Source: Paraspadella gotoi
Lineage: Eukaryota; Animalia; Chaetognatha
Assembly: GCA_051294375.1 (NCBI GenBank)
Contig: CM119265.1
Coordinates: 6,643,489-6,707,488 of the forward strand
Length of the DNA: 64,000 nucleotides
Reading direction: 5' to 3'
Numbering within the stretch: position 1 is the stretch's first letter; every line of letters starts with the position of its first letter. The notes under the pieces were generated by a model. It saw only the letters and a list, made by a program, of their open reading frames with translations. It ran no database searches and was not told the origin of the DNA. Positions 12,438 through 24,900 of this stretch are shown one piece after another. The position numbers and the translations under genes were made by a program.

Positions 12438-12524
<87 letters not shown>

Positions 12525-12525
12525 A
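12436..12525. repeat. (AAAT)n microsatellite
   Basis: Directly visible. Confidence 0.95.
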
Positions 12526-14472
12526 ACTACACTTGCAAAACTTAGATTAAATTCGAAAATTCAAAAAATTCAAAAATTAAATCCATTATTCGGTTCCATT
12601 GTATTGTATTCCATTGTATCTAAAATGACTAAAAATATCGAATCAACCAAGATTAAAATATGGTATGAAAGCATGGTAGTAGTCGCGGCAGTAGTAATAG
12701 TGTGAGTAGTTGTTGTCAAAGGTCTGATACTATTTTTTAAGACAGAAAATTTATGTTTTAATCACGCCAACAATGACGAGGATTTAATTTGCATCATCAT
12801 TGGAGTGAACGATCGCTAAACTAAATCCTTGTTTAGAATACCAGTTAATCATTAAAATCTTGAGTAAAAGATGTTTCTTTGAAGAATCCAATTAGTAAAG
12901 AAAGATAAAACAAGACGATGAAAAGAAAGCGAAACATTAATGGGGAATTTCGTTCCGTCACCGAATTTCAAAAATGTCGGTGGCCGAAATCGAAATCGAG
13001 ACGCAAACTTTAATTCCCGACGTCATCGTCGTCGTCGTCATCTTTATCGACGTCGTCGTTTTCGTTCGTCGTCGTTTCTTGCCTGGGAACCCCTCAGGCT
13101 TACCAATTGCTCCCCCCCCCCCGACAGAAAAAAAAAAACAAAAAAACAAACTCTGTCCCCCACTCTTCCCCCATTTCTAATCTCCAACAAACTCAACTGC
13201 CATTACCAAAGATTATCATGGGGACCCCCTCAAGGTCGATTAACCTCCCCATTCCCTTTTAAACCTCATCGCCCCATCTCACCGGAGGTTATCACGCATC
13301 CGTCGGACCTCCCTCTAGGTGCATCTAACCCCCCCCCAACCAAAAAAACTAAACTACCCAATCTCACCGTCGGGAGAACAGACTTTTACGACGCAACGCG
13401 TAAAAATTTACGTCGGAGACGCGAACCTAAATTATTTTCTGACATTAGAATGAAAAAAAAAAGGGGGAATACATTGAAAACCGCTTTAAACGATATTTAT
13501 AGAATGTCAGAAGCAATTGTGAAAAGGATTGGGTGTAGTGAGAATAATAGATAATAAACAATTCATAATGATGATAAGAACGGATAATCTAAAACTTAAA
13601 ATCGTGCAATTTTTCATAATGATGATACTTATCAAACTAAGTTATTATTTTGTATGTTGGATGGAGGCCTTAAGCAAAAAAAGGGACAAGATAGCTTATT
13701 TAGGTAATTAATGGATAATTTTAAATTGGTTTTACCAATCTTAAAATAAAGATGCAAGAAACGAATTTAAAAGCAGAGGGCAAACAAAGGTAACGTACCT
13801 AGCCTTTTAATAATATAATTTAAAATAGACGAAGGAAAAATAAGCGGTTCACTGTATGAGTCAAACGGTTCCTTTGAACTCGAATAACCAGTTGATAAAA
13901 AAAAAAATAACAAATGGATGTATTTTTGAGTCGTAAACAAGAAATGTTTTGATCTTTTCTCCTTGGAGCGGTATATAGTCCAATCTGGTAGGTCCCGAAA
14001 CTGCGTAGCTTTGGTAAAATCTCGCGGATTGCTTCGTCGGGAGTATCGTTCAGAGATGGCCAGGATTTGTCTTTCCATTGATGGTGATTATCTCCCGCTA
14101 AAAGAAGCGTAACGCTCGCAGAAATCGTTGGAGTCGCATTAACTGATTAAGGAATTATCGCCGATTCCGCGCAGAGACGTGCAAATGGTTTGACCATATT
14201 AATAATTGAAAGTTCTCGCCTCATTTACTTATATTCAATTTTTATAATAAAAAAAAACCTAGGAATTAGTAAAAAACTCTTTTCATTTTTTCTTGTTTTT
14301 GTTGCAAGTTTCTTGTTATTTTTAAGTTTTGGTTACAGCGATGTGAAGGAAAATTCAATATTTCGAAAAAAAATTATTTATCGTTCTGATCGAGTAATTT
14401 TGAGTTGAAAAACTTCCTTTGAAGTTTCGAATTCCTGTTGTCCTTCCGTTTTTCCCCTCTTGGCCGATTCTC

Positions 14473-14477
14473 GGAGA

Positions 14478-14527
<50 letters not shown>

Positions 14528-14540
14528 GAGGAGAAAGAAG

Positions 14541-14600
<60 letters not shown>

Positions 14601-14655
14601 AAAAAAAAGAGAGAAAGAGAAAGACAGAGAGAAAGACAGAGAGAGAGAGAGAGAG
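14473..14655. repeat. (GA)n-rich microsatellite (duplicate at about 33042-33245)
   Basis: Directly visible; it is the source of spurious RERERE/SLSLSL ORFs. Confidence 0.95.
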
Positions 14656-14972
14656 TTACCACGATTTTTCGCCTACTCTCATTTAACCATCATCATTCCT
14701 GGATTCCTTGAGGGCTTTTACCGTATTGTTTCTTGTTGTAGAAAATGTTTAAGCCTTTAAGCCTCTATCCACTTTTATTTTTTCACTTTTTATATGACAT
14801 TTTTTTTTTTTATAAAAAAACATACCAACAATTGTGGATTCTCTCATTGGCAATCGAAGTACAATTACATCAACTCTCCTCCTTGGCTTCATTTATCTTT
14901 CTTAGGAATTTCTGGAATCAACCTGTCGCCACTTTCGGCTAAATCATTTTCTCTCTCTACAAGAAAAAATTA

Positions 14973-15013
<41 letters not shown>

Positions 15014-15977
15014 TGATTTCCTCCGCAACACCAAGGCCCCCAACGTGGGAACATTGAAAACAGTTTTAAACAATCTTTGAGAGGAAAAAGAAGCGAGAAA
15101 GAATCGGACGCGTTTTTTTTACTTTTTTCCTCCTAAATCGAATAAATTCGAGGGGAAAAAAATCTTCTCAGGATGAGAAACGGTAAATGTTCTAAATACC
15201 TGATGAGAATCTTATGCCCCCCTTTCTTTTTTTTTTCTTTTTTTACGCAAATTCGGTTTTAATTATTTCATGAATTCCCAGAACGGGAAAAAAAGAAGGA
15301 AAGACAAGCTTTGATAAAACATAAAACACAATGCACATATAAATACTCACTATTAGTACTATGCGTACTACTCATCTTTACTAAATTTAAACAGTATTTT
15401 TCTGAGCTTAGATATCCTCGAATAAATTTAGTAGATTTTTCTTTCTATCTTTGAAGGACAAATGAGTCGTCGTCTTCCTATTTTATATTGCCCGTCAACT
15501 TAGTCAATTTTTTTCTCTTTCGCAAATTTTCGTGTTCATTTTTGTGAACGAACAGCTTGGTGTCATCTTCACGCTTTATCCTCGACGTGCATTCACGACG
15601 TACGATGTAAGTGCGTGTGTTTGTGCATATGATATAATTATAACCGTGTTTGTAACTGTCTAAATACAAATCCTAATTATACCTAGTATCGCTAAAGTAT
15701 TAAAGAAAATTAAAAGACGAATATGCCTAATTTCAAAGGGTAGAATTTGAGGATGCAATATCTGAACCTTATTTACAAATATTTTTTCCAATTAATCAAA
15801 ACAATTTAAATGGGCTACAAGTAAATATACATACATTTGGAATAAAATCAAACTATTAAGTAATTCACCTTTACATTTGGCTACGTACAATAAATGCTAT
15901 TTTTACACCACACTTTGCACAGTCCTAAAGACGCTTTCAAACGTTTCTTCTAATTTTTCGACAAAAGAGCAACGGAA

Positions 15978-18900
15978 TCAACCAACGCAGCAGTCGGCGA
16001 TCCGTGCGGCGAGCCCTTCCATATCCATGGCCGTCGCTCCCATTGGGCCGGCCATATCTTGCAACGCTTTGGCAAGGTCCAGCATCTTGTCCATGTCCGT
16101 CTTCATCTTATCCACGTCGTCGCCGAAGTAATTGATCGGGCCGCTGCAGTCGCTTTTTTCTGAAATTCGTGAATGGTGAATTTACATTCATATTACATTC
16201 TATTACATTTCGTTTATTTTGTCTTAAATCTTAAATCTCGACTCTCGAAGAATTTTTTTTTAATATTTAAAATTATTGATTGATTGATTTATTGATTTAT
16301 TTATTGATTTATTGATTTATTGGTTTATTGATTTATTGATTTAATGGTGTATTGATTTATTTGTTTGTTTGTTTGTTCCTCTTTTTCCTCTCTTACCGAC
16401 ATCCTCGTCAACGAGGCCATCTCCATCGTCGTCTTGTTCATTTATCTTCTCTTCGTCGATGAGACCGTCGCAGTCGTTGTCAACGCCGTCCGACGGCACC
16501 ATCCGCGTTTGTTGACACTTGAAACGTAAACAAAAGACGTGCGTTGAATAATTTGAATTCTCGATGACCGAATGTTCGCCCGCACATTTAAAAGCGCCGC
16601 CCACGACGACCGTCACCGAAGACCCCGACACGAAATTTTCTTACCAACTCTACTTCAAGCAGAAAATCGTGGCATGTTTTAGCCTTTGAAAATATTATTA
16701 AAAGATACATAGACAATTAAATACAATTAGACATTGTCCAACAGATGGACAGACAGATAAAGAGAAATTAATTTAACGAATCATCTATACTAGCTCAATA
16801 AGTTAATAAAGACAAAGTTTAAAGACAAACTACGATTAATTGATAAATTTTAGTTTTCTGGGTTGAGGATTGATTGACATGGTGTTTCGACTTTCTTTTC
16901 GTTGCGTTTCGAATTTAGAAAAAAACAAAGTTTTATTTGTTACAAACAACAATTTTTTTTATATATATAGCGGACATGTTTTGATAGATTTTTGGTAGAA
17001 TAATAGTCCGCTATATATAAAAAAAATCGTTATTTTTTAAAAATACAATTTTTTTTTCTCTATTAGAAATCTAAATATGTAGTTCGGACATTTGCTCTAA
17101 AATGTACTAAAAAAAAATATCCTGGTAAAAAAGGGAAAAAAAAGAAGGAAAGAAAAAAAAAAGACTCGCTGAAGGAAGATCTGACCTCCTCGAGGTCCTC
17201 GTCAATTTTGCCGTCGCCGTCGTCGTCGAAGTCGTTCAACTCTTCCTCGTCAAAGAGGCCGTCGCAGTCGTTGTCGATTTCGTCGCCCGGAATCATCACC
17301 GTCGGTTCACACTGAAGGGGGCGGGGGAGTGAATGGGGCAAGTGAAGTATGGATTTTGGTCGTAGTATGGAAGTATGGAAAAGAAGAATGATGGAAAAAG
17401 TAAAACGGAAATATGAACTGCTTAGATTGATCGAAAATGGGGCGTTTAATGATCCAAAATCGGAGGTAAAATGATACAAAATCAGAGTATTTATCGAAAA
17501 TAAGAGATAGAACTTTAGAAGGATCGTAAATCGGTCAGAGATAAAATGACATAAAATCATAGGTAGAAAATCGGACAAATATGTCAGCGAACCAGAGCCA
17601 AGTCTTCGTCAATTTCTCCGTCGCCATCGTCGTCGAGCCGGTTGAACGTCTCCTCGTCGATGAGGCCGTCGCAGTCGTTGTCGATCCCGTCTTCGGGCTC
17701 AACCGGCGTCCGATCGCACTGAAGAAAAACAGAAGAGCAGTTGAATCAAGTGAGGAAATTTACTGTTGTAGTCGAAAGCTATCATCGGGAATTCACTGTT
17801 ATCGCCAGTTTTCATCAATGATTTACGGCTTGTTTCAATACATTCCAATACATTTACATTCGTGCCGATAAGGAGAAGCAACATGAGAAAGCTTTACAAA
17901 ACCCTAAATTTGTCTGGAATCGGGATCATTTTTACTGAAATACCGTCGATCAAACATCACCTAAAAAGCCTTTTAGTCTTTTTTTTTTTTACGAATATAC
18001 TACTACGCATAATGCATTCACCCTCTCAAGATCCTCGTCCACTTTCCCGTCGCCGTCGTCGTCTCTCTTGTTGAAGGTCTCTTCGTCGATGCGTCCGTCG
18101 CAGTCGTTGTCGATGCCGTCGCCGGCTTCCATCGTCGTCGTCGTCGTCTCGCACTGAAAACAAAAAAACAACGAGTTTTCTATAAAAAAATGTATTGTTA
18201 CATTTGTTTATCCTTTATAATTTTAGTGTATCGACTAATTTTCAACACGTTCATTTGTGATTTATGCTACAAAGAATATATTTTAGGTAAATTACTTTAC
18301 CAATAGAAAAAAAAGTTTGACCAGTCAACGAGTACACATGATATTAATATAGAAATATGTATGATTTTAAACACGACGCGCAATATACAATTTATAGTAT
18401 TATATAAATTGAAAGAAGATACTCTGATACCGTCGGCAAATCTTCGTCGACTCTCCCATCGTCGTCGTCGTCTCTTTCGTCAAAAGTTTCCTCGTCAATG
18501 CGACCGTCGCAATCGTTATCCAAACTGTCGCCCGGTTGCATCGAGCTTTCAGTGCACTGCACACGGCCAATAATAATAATAATTGGGGTCTTTTACTACG
18601 TCTACTTCTACTATTACTATAAAAAATACATTGGTGTAGAAACCAAAAAAAAAAGAAAAACCACGTGCAACGAGTATTATATTCCAGGGAGCCAATATAT
18701 ATCCAATTGGGATGAAAGAATCGTTTCCTTACCAGCGGCAAATCTTCGTCAATATCTCCGTCATTGTCGTCGTCTTTATCGTTGAATATTTCTTCGTCGA
18801 TCTTTCCATCGCAATCATTGTCAAGACTGTCACCTGGTTGCATCGGCGAAGTCGCGCACTGGACAGATCAAATCTTACCTTTCAAAATTCCAGAAAATTG

Positions 18901-21900
18901 GTTTCAAAAAATGGGAATATTTGCAATGCGCACCGGAGAGAGATCTTCGTCGATCTTTCCATCTCGATCGTCATCTTTTTTATTAAATATTTCTTCGTCG
19001 ATCTTTCCATCGCAATCATTGTCTAGACTGTCCCCGGGTTCCATAGTGGAGTGGGTGCACTGATTGATAAAATATCGTAATCTTTCTTGGCATCAGTTTT
19101 TGGCCAGAAGAGGCCTTACCTTTTTGGCCAGAAGGAGACCTTACATTTTTGGCCAGAAGAGGCCTTACCTTGACTAAATCCTCATCCACAAATCCATCTC
19201 CATCGTCATCTTTTTTATTGTAAATTTCTTCATTGATATTTCCGTCGCAATCGTTGTCTAAACTGTCACCGGGTTTCATTGACGATGACACACACTTATA
19301 TAAAATGGCTCAAAAAAATTACATGTTTACATTATTTATAATCAAAATTCGATTTTTACCATCTGTAGATCCTCATCAATATCGCCGTCGCCGTCATCAT
19401 CTATTTTGTTAAATGTTCGCTCTTCATCTATTTGCCGTCACAATCATTGTCGAGGCTGTCACCAGGATTCATTGACATTGATGCACACTAATGGGTAAAC
19501 TTTAGATCTTTTTCTTTATTATTTCAATTTAATTGTTAAAATTCTTACTAATATGAGATCTTCATCAATTTTCCCATCGCCATCGTCATCTTTTTTATTA
19601 AATATTTCTTCTTGATATTTCCATCGCAATCATTGTCTAGACTGTCCCCGGGTCCATCATGGAGGGAGTGCACTGATTGATAAAATATTGTGATCTTTAT
19701 GGCATCAGTTTTTGGCCAGAAGAGCCTTACTTTTTGACCAGAAGAGGCCTTACCTTGACTAAATCCTCATCCACAAATCCATCTCCATCGTCATCTTTTT
19801 ATTGAAAATTTCTTCATCGGATATTTCCGTCGCAATCGTTGTCTAAACTGTCACCGGGTTTCATTGACGATGACACACACTTATATAAAATGGCTCAAAA
19901 AAATTACATTGTTTACATTATTTATAATCAAAATTCGATTTTTACCATCTGTAGATCCTCATCAATATCGCCGATCGCCGTCATCATCTATTTGTTAAAT
20001 GTCTCTTCGATCTTATTTTGCCGTCACAATCATTGTCGAGGCTGTCACCAGGATTCATTGACATTGATGCACACTAATGGGTAAACTTTAGATCTTTTTC
20101 TTATTATTTCAATTTAATTTTAAAATTCTTACTAATATGAGATCTTCATCAATTTTCCCATCGCCATCGTCATCTTTTTTATTAAATATTTCTTCGTCGA
20201 TATTTCCATCGCAATCATTGTCTAGACTGTCCCCGGGCTCCATCATGGAGGGAGTGCACTGATTGATAAAGTATTGTGATCTTTATTGGCATCAGTTTTT
20301 GCCAAAGAGGCCTTACCTTTTTGACCAGAAGAGGCCTTACCTTGACTAAATCCTCATCCACAAATCCATCTCCATCGTCATCTTTTTATTGAAAATTTCT
20401 TCATCGATATTCCGTCGCAATCGAGAAAAACTGTCACCAGGTTTCATTGACGACGCCACACACTTATATATAAAACAGCTCAAAAAAAATTACATTCATT
20501 TACATTATTCATAATCAAAATTTGATTTTTACCATCTGTAGATCCTCATCAATATCGCCTCGCCGTCATCATCTATTTTGTTAAATGTCTCTTCGTCTAT
20601 TTTCCATCACAATCATTGTCGAAGCTGTCACCAGGATTCATTGACGTTGATTCACACTAATGGGTAAATTTTATATCTTTTTTATTATTTCAATTTAATT
20701 GTTAAAATTCTTACTAATATGAGATCTTCATCAATTTTCCCGTCGCCATCGTCATCTTTTTCTATTAAATATCTCTTCATCAATATTTCCATCACAGTCA
20801 TTGTCTAAACTGTCGCCAGGGTTCATCGAAGTCGTGACACACTATTAATGAAGCACTCGTGAGAATTATACTCCCTGCTCTTAAATTGTCTGACTCATAC
20901 CAAAACTAAATCTTCATCCGATTCACCATCTTCATCGTCATCTTGGTTATTGAATATTTCCTCATCTATTTTCCCATCACAATCATTGTCAGAGATTATC
21001 ACCCGCTTTCATTTCTGACTTGGAACACTAATTACAAAAAAAATTAACAAAACTAATATTCTACATCTTTATCAACGCCGGAAACGGAATAATATTTCTA
21101 AATTTAATATATAATTGAAACACATCATTCTGTTGATCAAATAATCTCTGATATAAAATTTTATAAACATTACATAGAATATATTATATATATATATAAT
21201 ATATACTTGATCGAGTGTCCACGCCAAAAAGCTTACTAAAATAAGATCCTCATCAACTTTTCCATCCGCGTCATCGTCTCGTCCGTTAAAGATTTCCTCA
21301 TCAATTCTTTCGTCGCAGTCGTTGTCGAGTCTATCGCCGGGCTTCATGAATGACTGGGTACACTAGTAAATTTATCGTTTTTAAGCATAAAATCATCTAT
21401 CTTACAAACAAAGTTTTTTGTACTTGACCAAGATCTTCGTCAATTAATTCATCCCCATCATCATCCGATTCGTTAAATATTTCTTCATCTATTTTCCCAT
21501 CACAATCATTGTCCAAAGAATCTCCAGGATCCATCGGTGATCTTTTACACTATTAATTAATTAATTAATCTCCGTTATACTTTGTGCGGTTTAGAAGGAG
21601 CTTACCAAAACTAGATCCTCATCAATCAGTCCATCTTCATCGTCATCTTTTTTGTTAAAGATCTCTTCATCTATTAAGCCATCGCAGTCATTATCAATGC
21701 TATCACCGGGATTCATTATCGATTTTATACACTGATAAAAAATGTTATTAATTTGATAACGTGAAAGGAAAAGCCTTTGTATTAAGTCGACTTAATGAAT
21801 TTCACTTGACTGAGATCCTCGTCTATCCCTCCATCGCCGTCATCATCTTTTCTGTTAAAAATTTCTTCATCAATTAATCCATCGCAGTCGTTGTCCAAAT

Positions 21901-24900
21901 TATCCCCGGATTTCATTGAGGACGTTGTACACTATTATTCAATTTATGAATTACATAAACTATTTCAAACATACGCCCTTCTCTTCAATTTTCAAAAAAA
22001 AATCTACCGAAATTAATCCTCATCAATTTTTCCGTCGCCGTCATCGTCCCGATTGTTGAAGACCTCCTCGTCAATTTTACCATCACAATCATTGTCAATG
22101 ACATCGCCAGCTTTCATGGGCGTTTCAATGCACTAAAGAAACAACTTTTTATACATAGGTGACGTTAGATTCTACGTGTCATAGGAAAATACTACCGGTT
22201 TAAGATCTTCATCAATTAGCCCGTCACCATCATCATCTTTTTTATTAAATGTTTCTTCGTCAATAGTCCATCACAATCATTGTCCAAGCTATCTCCGGTA
22301 GCATAGGGACTCGGTACACTTTTAAAAAAATCTTCAAAGTCATTCTACCAAATTCCCTCATACCAATGCAAATTATCAACTAGGCCTAGTTTGTAAAAAT
22401 TGTTACCATCTGGCGTGGTTAAATGATTAATTATTTTCTGACGTTGAGAATGTTAATACAATTCGTTTTATTTGTTAAATAACCTTTTTACTTCTCATTT
22501 GTTATTACCTGAATGAGATCTTCATCAATTTTTCCATCTTTGTCATCATCTTTTCGGTTAAATATTTCTTCATCAATGTTTCCATCGCAGTCATTGTCCA
22601 GGTTATCTCCAGGTTTCATTGATGTCAATGTACACTATTAATACTTTAAAAATTTGCACGTTGTTTTTTTATAACTAAACCAACATCTTTTGTAATTCCT
22701 ACCTCTTTAAGATCTTCATCGATTCGTCCATCTTTGTCATCATCCATTCTGTTAAATATCTCTTCATCAATTTTTTCATCACAGTCGTTATCTAGACTAT
22801 CACCAGGTTTCATTGCGGATTTAGTACACTAATTTGAAAAAAAATCAAGTATCTTTTAAAGAAAATTGATTTGTATTTATAGTGATAAACTGTGCGACTC
22901 ATGTTTTCTTGATAGTTTTCATGTTTTCTAATAGTTTTATTTTTGTTTCTTTTATGTAAAAGTATATATGAGATTATTTTTACCAAAACTAAGTCTTCAT
23001 CTATTCTCCATCCCCATCGTCATCTTTGTTGTTTAAATATTTCTTCATCAATACTTCCATCGCAGTCATTGTCCAAACTATCGCCAAATTTCATAGGTGC
23101 ACTATTAAAAAAGCAAATTTTCTATTTTTTTTTATTAAATGTTTCCTCATCTATGAATCCGTCAAAGTCATTGTCGAGACTATCGCCAGTATTCATGGCA
23201 GCTTTTGTACACTGATTAACAATATTTGTATTCTTTAAAGGATTGAAAAAACCTTATATAGATATAAATCTTTACCTGAGTAAGATCTTCATCAATATCT
23301 CCATCCCCATCATCATCTTTTTTATTAAACGCTTCCTCATCAATAATTCCAATCACAGTCATTGTCAACATTATCTCGGGAACCATTCGCGACAGAGTGC
23401 ACTATCAAATGTTTTCAAAAATTTGGATTACTTTTCGAGCTTAAATTTAAAAATCCTTATTTTCAACCTTAAGTTTCTTACCAATTCTAAATCCTCATCT
23501 TTTACTCCATCAAGATCGTCGTCTTGTTTATTAAAAGTTTCCTCATCAATGTTTCCATCGCAATCATTATCAAGACCATCTCCCGGTTCCATTGGAGTAG
23601 CCTTGCACTTGATGAAATTTTTTTTATGTGATATTGGTCTTTTTCGATTAACTTTTTTAATTACCAATCTTAAATCCTCATCAATTTTTTCATCCCCATC
23701 ATCATCATCTCTGTTAAATATTTCTTCATCAATAATTCCATCACAGTCGTTATCTAATCCATCCCCTGCTTCCATAGGCGAAGGTAAAAACTGAACAAAT
23801 TCGTTTAATATATAACATCTTGTTCTAAAGTTGGAATTGTGAAAAAAAAAATGTCGTTTTAGTTGGCGCGAGAAGCGAAAACTGGTCAAAGATTCGTTTG
23901 AATTTTAATAGAGATTTCTCTCCAGACAAAAAGCATCTAGAGCCGATGTTGAAAATGCTAATATCGGCATGAATTATGCTTATTTCAGTCGTCAAAAGCT
24001 GTCCAAAGCTGTCACAGCTGTCAAAAGCTTCTACATAGAGAAGTTCTATTATTTCCTATTTATTATCGTGATAAATTTAAAATAGCATCCCCCTGGATTT
24101 CTAGTTGCTGGTAAACGTGCAAACGGGAATTCTACGATGCGGGTTGAACTGCAATGAAATCAGTTCACAGCAAAAGGGGCTATATGCATTCAAAGGAGAT
24201 TCAGTGATGCATTGTTAGGATTTGACAAAAAAAAGTGACACCAACCTGTTCTAAATCTTCGTCGCTATTCCCGTCGTTGTCGTCGTCTCTCTCGTTAAAT
24301 GTCTCTTCGTCGACCTTCCGTCGCAGTCGTTGTCCAGCCCATCCCCCGGAACCATCCGTGTTGGTTCACACTGATGACATGTGGCAAGATTCGTGGCAAA
24401 ATTTATGTTAAATATTTTTAACATGCCATTATCGTTTAATATCAAATGAGCATGAGTCATTCAATCTAATTTGCATATTGCAGCCTTTGAAATTTATTAT
24501 GGAATATCAATGAATGTCTCTTTTACAAGATAAAGTTTAAATTTAGGATACCATAGTATACATTAATATTAATATTTCAAACTCACCAATTGTAAATCTT
24601 CGTCGCTGTCGCCGTCGCCGTCGTCGTCGTCCCTGTTGAAAGTTTCTTCGTCGATTCTTCCGTGCAGTCGTTCGATTCCGTCTCCCGGTTCCATCGGAGT
24701 TGGTTGGCACTGAACCCAATTAAATGTGGCTGATTCTTACGACTTGTACACTTAATTAACACTAGTCAAGCGAAGCCGAGGGAGCGCAACATCCAAGGGT
24801 TCGAATCATGGACTCAGAGTTGGGATCAGGGCCACAGAAAAAAGTTATAAATCGATGAAACAAACTTTTATAACTCTCAGTAAGCTACAGCTACGTGACT

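Noticed and set aside
12940-13554. 204-aa plus-strand ORF and overlapping ORFs
   Set aside because: Low-complexity CGT repeats plus poly-C and poly-A runs; no recognisable domain or convincing splice structure.
24770-24835. tRNA-like B-box (GGTTCGAATC) in an array intron
   Set aside because: No cloverleaf or acceptor stem could be built; at most a SINE-like remnant.
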